From: Eledone cirrhosa
Taxonomy: Eukaryota
Direction: 5' to 3'
NCBI GenBank assembly: GCA_964016885.1
Contig: OZ024740.1
Span: forward strand, 27,404,001 to 27,468,000
DNA: 64,000 nucleotides
Below are positions 51,817 through 64,000 of this stretch, piece after piece (within the stretch, counting starts at the first letter, position 1; each line of letters opens with the position of its first letter). Under the pieces are notes generated by a model. It was not told where the DNA came from. It made no database searches and was given only the letters and a program-made list of their open reading frames with translations. The translations under genes were made by a program, and so were the position numbers.

Positions 51817-52365
51817 AGTTGTCTAACATAATGTCAATAACTATTGGCTTATACAATTCCCCAACCTTCCAAATTAGAATCGGGAAGAAATGATTTGTTC
51901 TGTTTCATATTTTACTTAGCTTTGTTTATTGTTTTATCTTTTAGCTCTCTTTGTTAATTAGCAAATATTGCTTCTCCTCCCACCTTTTTTCTATTGGTTA
52001 ATAGGAGGAGCAGAGTACGAGGAGCAGTCTCTGTGACCTTTACTAACCTCATTTGAGATCTCCGAATTGAGAGATCACAGCTTCAACTCTATTATGGACA
52101 TGTGGTTAGAATGTCTCAGGAAAGAATTGCTGGACAGATGTTATGGGTAAAACCGATCGGCAGGTGACCCAGGAGTAGACCCCGAGCAGGATGGTTGGAT
52201 AACGCCATGAGCTTGGCTAGTTACGCTTGGGGATCTAGCCGGATCTGTTGCAGACGGTTGCTTCTGATAGAACCCGCTGGAAGCAATGTTAAAGGACTTT
52301 GCCCCCACGATCCTCCCAAGAAGAAGAAGAAGAAGAAGAAGAAGAAGAAGAAGAAGAAGAAGAAG

Positions 52366-52590
52366 AAGAAACAATGTAGTTATTAATAAGAAGAGTTGAA
52401 ATTAATACATGCAAGATTCCACAGGTCTAGCTTCACTCCTTTAAAAGCAGACCAAGATATTCTAATGGAATGGACAAATGAAGTTAGTTTTCAAGAGTCC
52501 CTGGAAAGAAACAAAGCAGTCGTTAATAAGAAGAGTTGAAATGAATGAATGTATACAAGATTTCACAACTCTAGCACCACTTCTTCATAG
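52366..52590 (-). repeat. About 1.5 diverged monomers of the 143-bp satellite, inverted relative to the main array
   Basis: gttattaataagaagagttgaaatt...gtccctggaaagaaacaa is the reverse complement of the monomer. Confidence 0.85.
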
Positions 52591-52777
52591 TCAGCCTAAG
52601 AACTATCCAGTCTACCTTCGTATATCAACAACTGTTAAAATCAAAATCTGTTCACGGTCGAAAAATAAGTCAGTCTATGATAGGTGCGACGGACGTCACT
52701 GTCAGAAGAAACTATATTAAAAACCTAATAGACAATATTGACAAGTATACGATGGAAAAAGCTTGTAGACCGCAATG

Positions 52778-55700
52778 GGAACTATGTTGGAAAATAAACT
52801 TCATTTGGACATTCCATGAGAGTATCTTGGTCAATCTATGAAGGAGTAATGCTAAAGCTGTGAAATCTTGTTTGCAGTAATTTCAACACTTATTAATAAC
52901 TGTATTGCTAAAGCTGTGAAATCTTGCATGCAGTAATTTCAACTCCCCTTATTAATAATTGTATTGTTTCTTTCCAGGGACTATGTTGGAAAATAAACTT
53001 CATTATTTCATTCCATGATAGTATCTTGTTCAGCCTATGAAGGAGTGATGCTAAAGCTGTGAAATCTTGCTTGCAGTAATTTCAACACTTATTAATAACT
53101 GTATTGTTTATTTCCAGTGACTATGTTGGAAAATAAACTTCATTTGGTCATTCCATGAAAGTATATTGGTCAGTCTATGAAGGACTGATGCTTAAGCTGT
53201 GAAATCTTGCATGCAGTAATTTCAACGATTCTTTTTAATAACTATATTGTTTCTTTCCAGGGACAATGCTGGAAGATAACTTCATTTGGAGATTCTATGA
53301 AAGTATCTTATTCAGCCTATGAAGGAGTGATGCTAAAGCAGTGAAATCTGGCTTGGGTAATTTCAACTCTTCTTATAAATAACTGTATTGTTTCTTTCCA
53401 GGGACTAAGTTGGAAAATAAACTTCATTTCGTCAATCCATGATAGTATCTTGTTCAACCTATGAAGGAGTGATGCTAAAGCTGTTAAATATTGCTTGCAG
53501 TAATTTCAACTGTTATTATTAATAACTGTATTGTTTCTTTCCAGGGTCTCTGTTGGAAAATAAACTTCATTTGGCCATTCCATTGAGAGTATCTTCGTCA
53601 ACATATCACGGAGTGATGCTAAAGCTGTGTAATCTTGGTGGAAAACAAACTTCATTTGGTCATTCCATGAGAGTATATTGGTCAGCCTATGAAGGAGTAA
53701 TGCAAAAGCTGTGAAATCTTGCATGCCGTAATTTCAACTCTTCTTATTAATAACTGTATTGTTTATTTCCAGGGACTATGTTGGAAAATAAACTTCATTT
53801 GGTCATTCCATGAGAGTATCTCGGTCAGTCTATGAAGGAGTGATGCTAAAGCTGTGTAATCTTGCCTGCAGTAATTTCAACACTTATTAATAACTGTATT
53901 GGTTCTTTCCAGAGACTATGTTGAAAAATAAACCTCATTTGTTAATTCCTTGAGAGTATCTTGTCCAGCTTATGAAGAAGTGATGCTAAAGCTGTAAAAG
54001 ATTGCATGCAGTAATTTCAACTCTTCTTATTAATAACTGTATTGTTTCTTTACAGGGAATATGTTGAAAAATAAACCTCATTTGGTCATTACATGATAGT
54101 ATCTTGGTTAGCCTATGAAGGAGTGATGCTAAAGCTGTGAAATCTTGCATGCCGTAATTTCAACTCTTCTTATTAATAACTATTGTTTCTTTCCAGGACT
54201 ATGTTGGACAATAAACTTCATTTGGTCATTCTATGAGAGTATCTTGGTCAGCCTATGAAGGAGTGATGCTAAAACCATGAAATCTTGCATCCTGTAATTT
54301 CAACTCTTCTTATTGATAACTATATTGTTTCTTTCCAGGGATTTTGTTGGAAAATAAACTTCATTTGGTCATTCCATGACAGTATCTTGTTCAACCTATG
54401 AAGGAGTGATGCTAAAACTGTGAAATCCTGCATGACGTAATTTCAACTCTTCTTATTAATAACTCTATTGTTTCTTTCCAGGGACTATGTTGGAAAATAA
54501 ACTTCATTTGGTCATTCCATGAGAGTATATTGTTCACCCGATGAAGGAGTGATTCTACATCTGTGAAATCTTGCATGCCTCAATTTCAACTCTTCTTATT
54601 AATAACTGTATTGTTTCTTTCCAGGGACTATGATGGAAAATAAATTTCATTGGTCATTCCATGAGAGTATCTTGCTCAACATATGAGGGAATGCTGCTAA
54701 AGCCTTGAAATATTGCATGCAGTTATTTCAACTCTTCTTATTAATAACTGTATTGTTTCTTTCCAGGGACAATGTTGGAAAATAAACTTCATTTGGTCAT
54801 TCCATGAGAGTATATTGTTCAACCTAAGAGGGAGTGATGCTAAAGCTGTGTAATCTTGCTTGCAGTAATTTCAACTCTTCTTATTAATAACTGTATTGTT
54901 TCTTTCCAGGGACTATGTTGGAAAATAAACTTCATTTGGTCATTCCGTGAGAGTATCTCGGTAAGCTTATGAAGGAGTGATGCGAAAGCTGTGAAATCTT
55001 GCCTGCAGTAATTTCAACACTTATTAATAACAGTATTGTTTCTTTCCAGGGACTTTGTTGAAAAATAAACCTCATTTGATCATTCCATCATTGTATCTTG
55101 TTCAGCCTATGAAGGAGTGATGCTAAAGCTGTGAAATCTTGCCTGTTGTAATTTCAACACTTATTAATAACTGTATTGTTTCTTTCCACGGACTATGTTA
55201 GAAAATAATCTTCATTTCGTCATTCCATGAGAGTATCTTCGTCAGCCTATGAAGGAGTGATGCTAAAGCTGTGAAATCTTGCATGCCGTAATTTCAACTC
55301 TTCTTATTAATAACTGTATTGTTTCTTACCAGGGACTATGTTGGAAAATAAACCTCATTTTGTCATTCCATGATAGTATCTTGGTCAGCCTATGAAGGAG
55401 TGATGCTAAAGCTGTCAAATCTTGCCTGTAGTAATTTCAACACTTATTAATAACTGTATTGTTTCTTTCCAGGGACTATGTTGAAAAATAAACCTCATTT
55501 GATCATTCCATGATAGTATCTTGTTTAGCCTTTGAGGGGGTGATGCAAAAGCTGTGAAATATTGCATGCCGTAATTTCAACTCTTCTTATTAATAACTGT
55601 ATTGGTTCTTTCCAGGGACTATGCTGGAAAATAAACTTCATTAGGTCATTCCATGAGAGTATCTTGTTCAACCTATGAGGGAGTGATACTAAAGCTGTGT

Positions 55701-58700
55701 AGTCTTGCTTGCAGTAATTTGAACAGTTCTTATTAATGACTGTATTGTTTCTTTCCAGGCAGTATGTTGAAAAATAAACCTCATTTGGTTATTCCATGAG
55801 AGTATCTTGTTCAACCTATGAAGGAGTGATGCTGAAGCTGTGTAATCTTACCTGCAGTAATTTCAACACTTATTAATAACTGTATTGTTTCTTTCCAGGG
55901 ACTATGTTGGAAAATAAACTTCATTAGTTCATTCCATGAGAGTTTCTCGGTCAGCCTATGAAGGAGTGATGCTAAAGCTGTGTAATCTTGCTTGCAGTAA
56001 TTTCAACTCTTCTTATTGATAACTCTATTGTTTCTTTCCAGGGACTATGTTGGAAAATAAACTTCATTTGGTCATTCCATGAGAGTATATTGTTCACCCG
56101 ATGAAGGAGTGATTCTACATCTGTGAAATCTTGCATGCCTCAATTTCAACTCTTCTTATTAATAACTGTATTGTTTCTTTCCAGGGACTATGATGGAAAA
56201 TAAACTTCATTGGTCATTCCATGAGAGTATCTTGCTCAACATATGAGGTAATGCTGCTAAAGCCTTGAAATATTGCATGCAGTTATTTCAACTCTTCTTA
56301 TTAATAACTGTATTGTTTCTTTCCAGGGACTATGTTGGAAAATAACATTCATTTGGTCATTCCATGAGAATATCTTGTTCAGCCTATGAATGAGTGATGC
56401 AAAAGCTGTGAAATCTTGCATGCCGTAATTTCAACTCTTCTTATTAATAACTGTATTGTTTATTTCCAGGGACTATGTTGGAAAATAAACTTCATTTGGT
56501 CATTCCATGAGAGTATCTCGGTCAGTCTATGAAGGAGTGATGCTAAAGCTGTGTAATCTTGCCTGCAGTAATTTCAACACTTATTAATAACTGTATTGGT
56601 TCTTTCCAGAGACTATGTTGAAAAATAAACCTCATTTGTTAATTCCTTGAGAGTATCTTGTTCAGCTTATGAAGAAGTGATGCTAAAGCTGTGAAAGATT
56701 GCATGCAGTAATTTCAACTCTTCTTATTAATAACTGTATTGTTTCTTTACAGGGAATATGTTGAAAAATAAACCTCATTTGGTCATTACATGATAGTATA
56801 TTGGTTAGCCTATGAAGGAGTGATGCTAAAGCTGTGAAATCTTGCATGCCGTAATTTCAACTCTTCTTATTAATAACTATTGTTTCTTTCCAGGACTATG
56901 TTGGACAATAAACTTCATTTGGTCATTCTATGAGAGTATCTTGGTCAGCCTATGAAGGAGTGATGCTAAAACCATGAAATCTTGCATCCTGTAATTTCAA
57001 CTCTTCTTATTGATAACTATATTGTTTCTTTCCAGGGATTTTGTTGGAAAATAAACCTCATTTGGTCATTCCATGAGAGTATCTTGTTCAACCTATGAAG
57101 GAGTGATGCTAAAACTGTGAAATCCTGCATGACGTAATTTCAACTCTTCTTATTAATAACTCTATTGTTTCTTTCCAGGGACTATGTTGGAAAATAAACT
57201 TCATTTGGTCATTCCATGAGAGTATATTGTTCACCCGATGAAGGAGTGATTCTACATCTGTGAAATCTTGCATGCCTCAATTTCAACTCTTCTTATTAAT
57301 AACTGTATTGTTTCTTTCCAGGGACTATGATGGAAAATAAATTTCATTGGTCATTTCATGAGAGTATCTTGCTTAACATATGAGGGAATGCTACTAAAGC
57401 CTTGAAATATTGCATGCAGTTATTTCAACTCTTCTTATTAATAACTGTATTGTTTCTTTCCAGGGACTATGTTGGAAAATAAACTTCATTTGGTCATTCC
57501 ATGAGAGTATATTGTTCAACCTAAGAGGGAGTGATGCTAAAGCTGTGTAATATTGCTTGCAGTAATTTCAACTCTTCTTATTAATAACTGTATTGTTTCT
57601 TTCCAGGGACTATGTTGGAAAATAAACTTCATTTGGTCATTCCATGAGATTATCTCGGTAAGCTTATGAAGGAGTGATGCGAAAGCTGTGAAATCATGCC
57701 TGCAGTAATTTCAACACTTATTAATAACAGTATTGTTTCTTTCCAGGGACTTTGTTGAAAAATAAACCTCATTTGATCATTCCATCATTGTATCTTGTTC
57801 AGCCTATGAAGGAATGATGCTAAAGCTGTGTAATGTTGCCTGTTGTAATTTCAACACTTATTAATAACTGTATTGTTTCTTTCCACGGACTATGTTAGAA
57901 AATAATCTTCATTTCGTCATTCCATGAGATTATCTTCGTCAGCCTATGAAGGAGTGATGCTAAAGCTGTGAAATCTTGCCTGTAGTAATTTCAACACTTA
58001 TTAATAACTGTATTGTTTCTTTCCAGGGACTATGTTGAAAAATAAACCTCATTTGATCATTCCATGATAGTATCTTGTTTAGCCTTTGAGGGGGTGATGC
58101 AAAAGCTGTGAAATATTGCATGCCGTAATTTCAACTCTTCTTATTAATAACTGTATTGGTTCTTTCCAGGGACTATGCTGGAAAATAAACTTCATTAGGT
58201 CATTCCATGAGAGTATCTTGTTCAACCTATGAGGGAGTGATACTAAAGCTGTGTAATCTTGCTTGCAGTAATTTGAACAGTTCTTATTAATGACTGTATT
58301 GTTTCTTTCCAGGCAGTATGTTGAAAAATAAACCTCATTTGGTTATTCCATGAGAGTATCTTGTTCAACCTATGAAGGAGTGATGCTGAAGCTGTGTAAT
58401 CTTACCTGCAGTAATTTCAACACTTATTAATAACTGTATTGTTTCTTTCCAGGGACTATGTTGGAAAATAAACTTCATTTGGTCATTCCATGAGAGTATC
58501 TCGGTCAGTCTATGAAGGAGTGATGCTAAAGCTGTGTAATCTTGCCTGCAGTAATTTCAACACTTATTAATAACTGTATTGGTTCTTTCCAGAGACTATG
58601 TTGAAAAATAAATCTCATTTGTTAATTCCTTGAGAGTATCTTGTTCAGCTTATGAAGAAGTGATGCTAAAGCTGTGAAAGATTGCATGCAGTAATTTCAA

Positions 58701-61700
58701 CTCTTCTTATTAATAACTGTATTGTTTCTTTACAGGGAATATGTTGAAAAATAAACCTCATTTGGTCATTACATGATAGTATCTTAGTTAGCCTATGAAG
58801 GAGTGATGCTAAAGCTGTGAAATCTTGCATGCCGTAATTTCAACTCTTCTTATTAATAACTATTGTTTCTTTCCAGGACTATGTTGGACAATAAACTTCA
58901 TTTGGTCATTCTATGAGAGTATCTTGGTCAGCCTATGAAGGAGTGATGCTAAAACCATGAAATCTTGCATCCTGTAATTTCAACTCTTCTTATTGATAAC
59001 TATATTGTTTCTTTCCAGGGATTTTGTTGGAAAATAAACTTCATTTGGTCATTCCATGAGAGTATCTTGTTCAACCTATGAAGGAGTGATGCTAAAACTG
59101 TGAAATCCTGCATGACGTAATTTCAACTCTTCTTATTAATAACTCTATTGTTTCTTTCCAGGGACTATGTTGGAAAATAAACTTCATTTGGTCATTCCAT
59201 GAGAGTATATTGTTCACCCGATGAAGGAGTGATTCTACATCTGTGAAATCTTGCATGCCTCAATTTCAACTCTTCTTATTAATAACTGTATTGTTTCTTT
59301 CCAGGGACTATGATGGAAAATAAATTTCATTGGTCATTCCATGAGAGTATCTTGCTTAACATATGAGGGAATGCTACTAAAGCCTTGAAATATTGCATGC
59401 AGTTATTTCAACTCTTCTTATTAATAACTGTATTGTTTCTTTCCAGGGACTATGTTGGAAAATAAACTTCATTTGGTCATTCCATGAGAGTATATTGTTC
59501 AACCTAAGAGGGAGTGATGCTAAAGCTGTGTAATATTGCTTGCAGTAATTTCAACTCTTCTTATTAATAACTGTATTGTTTCTTTCCAGGGACTATGTTG
59601 GAAAATAAACTTCATTTGGTCGTTCCATGAGATTATCTCGGTAAGCTTATGAAGGAGTGATGCGAAAGCTGTGAAATCATGCCTGCAGTAATTTCAACAC
59701 TTATTAATAACAGTATTGTTTCTTTCCAGGGACTTTGTTGAAAAATAAACCTCATTTGATCATTCCATCATTGTATCTTGTTCAGCCTATGAAGGAATGA
59801 TGCTAAAGCTGTGTAATGTTGCCTGTTGTAATTTCAACACTTATTAATAACTGTATTGTTTCTTTCCACGGACTATGTTAGAAAATAATCTTCATTTCGT
59901 CATTCCATGAGATTATCTTCGTCAGCCTATGAAGGAGTGATGCTAAAGCTGTGAAATCTTGCCTGTAGTAATTTCAACACTTATTAATAACTGTATTGTT
60001 TCTTTCCAGGGACTATGTTGAAAAATAAACCTCATTTGATCATTCCATGATAGTATCTTGTTTAGCCTTTGAGGGGGTGATGCAAAAGCTGTGAAATATT
60101 GCATGCCGTAATTTCAACTCTTCTTATTAATAACTGTATTGGTTCTTTCCAGGGACTATGCTGGAAAATAAACTTCATTAGGTCATTCCATGAGAGTATC
60201 TTGTTCAACCTATGAGGGAGTGATACTAAAGCTGTGTAATCTTGCTTGCAGTAATTTGAACAGTTCTTATTAATGACTGTATTGTTTCTTTCCAGGCAGT
60301 ATGTTGAAAAATAAACCTCATTTGGTTATTCCATGAGAGTATCTTGTTCAACCTATGAAGGAGTGATGCTGAAGCTGTGTAATCTTACCTGCAGTAATTT
60401 CAACACTTATTAATAACTGTATTGTTTCTTTCCAGGGACTATGTTGGAAAATAAACTTCATTTGGTCATTCCATGAGAGTATCTCGGTCAGTCTATGAAG
60501 GAGTGATGCTAAAGCTGTGTAATCTTGCCTGCAGTAATTTCAACACTTATTAATAACTGTATTGGTTCTTTCCAGAGACTATGTTGAAAAATAAATCTCA
60601 TTTGTTAATTCCTTGAGAGTATCTTGTTCAGCTTATGAAGAAGTGATGCTAAAGCTGTGAAAGATTGCATGCAGTAATTTCAACTCTTCTTATTAATAAC
60701 TGTATTGTTTCTTTACAGGGAATATGTTGAAAAATAAACCTCATTTGGTCATTACATGATAGTATCTTAGTTAGCCTATGAAGGAGTGATGCTAAAGCTG
60801 TGAAATCTTGCATGCCGTAATTTCAACTCTTCTTATTAATAACTATTGTTTCTTTCCAGGACTATGTTGGACAATAAACTTCATTTGGTCATTCTATGAG
60901 AGTATCTTGGTCAGCCTATGAAGGAGTGATGCTAAAACCATGAAATCTTGCATCCTGTAATTTCAACTCTTCTTATTGATAACTATATTGTTTCTTTCCA
61001 GGGATTTTGTTGGAAAATAAACTTCATTTGGTCATTCCATGAGAGTATCTTGTTCAACCTATGAAGGAGTGATGCTAAAACTGTGAAATCCTGCATGACG
61101 TAATTTCAACTCTTCTTATTAATAACTCTATTGTTTCTTTCCAGGGACTATGTTGGAAAATAAACTTCATTTGGTCATTCCATGAGAGTATATTGTTCAC
61201 CCGATGAAGGAGTGATTCTACATCTGTGAAATCTTGCATGCCTCAATTTCAACTCTTCTTATTAATAACTGTATTGTTTCTTTCCAGGGACTATGATGGA
61301 AAATAAATTTCATTGGTCATTCCATGAGAGTATCTTGCTTAACATATGAGGGAATGCTACTAAAGCCTTGAAATATTGCATGCAGTTATTTCAACTCTTC
61401 TTATTAATAACTGTATTGTTTCTTTCCAGGGACTATGTTGGAAAATAAACTTCATTTGGTCATTCCATGAGATTATCTCGGTAAGCTTATGAAGGAGTGA
61501 TGCGAAAGCTGTGAAATCATGCCTGCAGTAATTTCAACACTTATTAATAACAGTATTGTTTCTTTCCAGGGACTTTGTTGAAAAATAAACCTCATTTGAT
61601 CATTCCATCATTGTATCTTGTTCAGCCTTTGAAGGAATGATGCTAAAGCTGTGTAATGTTGCCTGTTGTAATTTCAACACTTATTAATAACTGTATTGTT

Positions 61701-64000
61701 TCTTTCCACGGACTATGTTAGAAAATAATCTTCATTTCGTCATTCCATGAGAGTATCTTCGTCAGCCTATGAAGGAGTGATGCTAAAGCTGTGAAATCTT
61801 GCATGCCGTAATTTCAACTCTTCTTATTAATAACTGTATTGTTTCTTACCAGGGACTATGTTGGAAAATAAACCTCATTTTGTCATTCCATGATAGTATC
61901 TTGGTCAGCCTATGAAGGAGTGATGCTAAAGCTGTGAAATCTTGCCTGTAGTAATTTCAACACTTATTAATAACTGTATTGTTTCTTTCCAGGGACTATG
62001 TTGAAAAATAAACCTCATTTGATCATTCCATGATAGTATCTTGTTTAGCCTTTGAAGGAATGATGCTAAAGCTGTGTAATGTTGCCTGTTGTAATTTCAA
62101 CACTTATTAATAACTGTATTGTTTCTTTCCACGGACTATGTTAGAAAATAATCTTCATTTCGTCATTCCATGAGAGTATCTTCGTCAGCCTATGAAGGAG
62201 TGATGCTAAAGCTGTGAAATCTTGCATGCCGTAATTTCAACTCTTCTTATTAATAACTGTATTGGTTCTTTCCAGGGACTATGCTGGAAAATAAACTTCA
62301 TTAGGTCATTCCATGAGAGTATCTTGTTCAACCTATGAGGGAGTGATACTAAAGCTGTGTAATCTTGCTTGCAGTAATTTGAACAGTTCTTATTAATGAC
62401 TGTATTGTTTCTTTCCAGGCAGTATGTTGAAAAATAAACCTCATTTGGTTATTCCATGAGAGTATCTTGTTCAACCTATGAAGGAGTGATGCTGAAGCTG
62501 TGTAATCTTACCTGCAGTAATTTCAACACTTATTAATAACTGTATTGTTTCTTTCCAGGGACTATGTTGGAAAATAAACTTCATTTGGTCATTCCATGAG
62601 AGTATCTTGTTCAGCCTATGAAGGAGTGATGCTAAAACTTTGAAATTTTGCATGACATAATTTCAACTCTTCTTATTAATAACTGTATTGTTTCTTTCCA
62701 GGGACTATGTTGGAAAATAAACTTCATTAGTTCATTCCATGAGAGTATCTCGGTCAGCCTATGAAGGAGTGATGCTAAAGCTGTGTAATCTTGCTTGCAG
62801 TAATTTCATCTCTTCTTATTGATAACTCTATTGTTTCTTTCCAGGGACTATGTTGGAAAATAAACTTCATTTGGTCATTCCATGAGAGTATATTGTTCAC
62901 CCGATGAAGGAGTGATTCTACATCTGTGAAATCTTGCATGCCTCAATTTCAACTCTTCTTCTTAATAACTGTATTGTTTCTTTCCAGGGACTATGATGGA
63001 AAATAAACTTCATTGGTCATTCCATGAGAGTATCTTGCTCAACATATGAGGTAATGCTGCTAAAGCCTTGAAATATTGCATGCAGTTATTTCAACTCTTC
63101 TTATTAATAACTGTATTGTTTCTTTCCAGGGACTATGTTGGAAAATAAACTTCATTTGGTCATTCCATGAGAGTATATTGTTCAACCTAAGAGGGAGTGA
63201 TGCTAAAGCTGTGTAATATTGCTTGCAGTAATTTCAACTCTTCTTATTAATAACTGTATTGTTTCTTTCCAGGGACTATGTTGGAAAATAAACTTCATTT
63301 GGTCATTCCATGAGATTATCTCGGTAAGCTTATGAAGGAGTGATGCGAAAGCTGTGAAATCATGCCTGCAGTAATTTCAACACTTATTAATAACAGTATT
63401 GTTTCTTTCCAGGGACTTTGTTGAAAAATAAACCTCATTTGATCATTCCATCATTGTATCTTGTTCAGCCTATGAAGGAATGATGCTAAAGCTGTGTAAT
63501 GTTGCCTGTTGTAATTTCAACACTTATTAATAACTGTATTGTTTCTTTCCACGGACTATGTTAGAAAATAATCTTCATTTCGTCATTCCATGAGAGTATC
63601 TTCGTCAGCCTATGAAGGAGTGATGCTAAAGCTGTGAAATCTTGCATGCCGTAATTTCAACTCTTCTTATTAATAACTGTATTGTTTCTTACCAGGGACT
63701 ATGTTGGAAAATAAACCTCATTTTGTCATTCCATGATAGTATCTTGGTCAGCCTATGAAGGAGTGATGCTAAAGCTGTGAAATCTTGCCTGTAGTAATTT
63801 CAACACTTATTAATAACTGTATTGTTTCTTTCCAGGGACTATGTTGAAAAATAAACCTCATTTGATCATTCCATGATAGTATCTTGTTTAGCCTTTGAGG
63901 GGGTGATGCAAAGGCTGTGAAATATTGCATGCCGTAATTTCAACTCTTCTTATTAATAACTGTATTGGTTCTTTCCAGGGACTATGCTGGAAAATAAACT
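52778..64000 (+). repeat. 140/143-bp satellite, about 79 monomers, with higher-order structure; runs off the window end
   Basis: Monomer ggactatgttggaaaataaacttcatttggtcattccatgagagtatc...gtaatttcaactcttcttattaataactgtattgtttctttccag; diagnostic variants recur every 1983 bp. Confidence 0.97.

Noticed and set aside
52778-64000. Satellite monomer resembling exon + mini-intron (gtaatt...tttctttccag)
   Set aside because: The putative 98-nt exon has stops in all three frames and the intron would be only ~45 nt.

Overview
Gene-free, AT-rich animal genomic DNA made almost entirely of repeats. The SINE families, PHD-bearing RTE LINEs and (TA)n/(CA)n density suggest an octopod cephalopod (inference). 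No host gene is supportable. The only protein-like ORFs are retroelement remnants: three RTE copies with a PHD finger inside the RT, one R4/Dong-type RLE element, and one Penelope-like element (PLE; RT + GIY-YIG) with an inverted pseudo-LTR. Also present are a 53-bp satellite (11.7-14.6 kb), a 41-bp purine minisatellite (47-49 kb) and a 140/143-bp satellite with a 1983-bp higher-order repeat (52.8 kb to window end). The most interesting signal is a set of short non-coding elements, mostly fold-backs embedded in (TA)n tracts. Several unrelated families among them carry type I hammerhead ribozyme (HHR) folds. Some have the canonical core (CTGATGA/CTGACGA...GAAA); others have variant cores, including a compensatory U3-A8 pair (TTGAAAA, TCGATAA). 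One family shares its 3' terminus with the PLE pseudo-LTR and brackets an internal RTE fragment at its predicted cleavage site. This looks like a PLE/retrozyme-like system targeting (TA)n. All folds were done by eye and ribozyme activity is untested.
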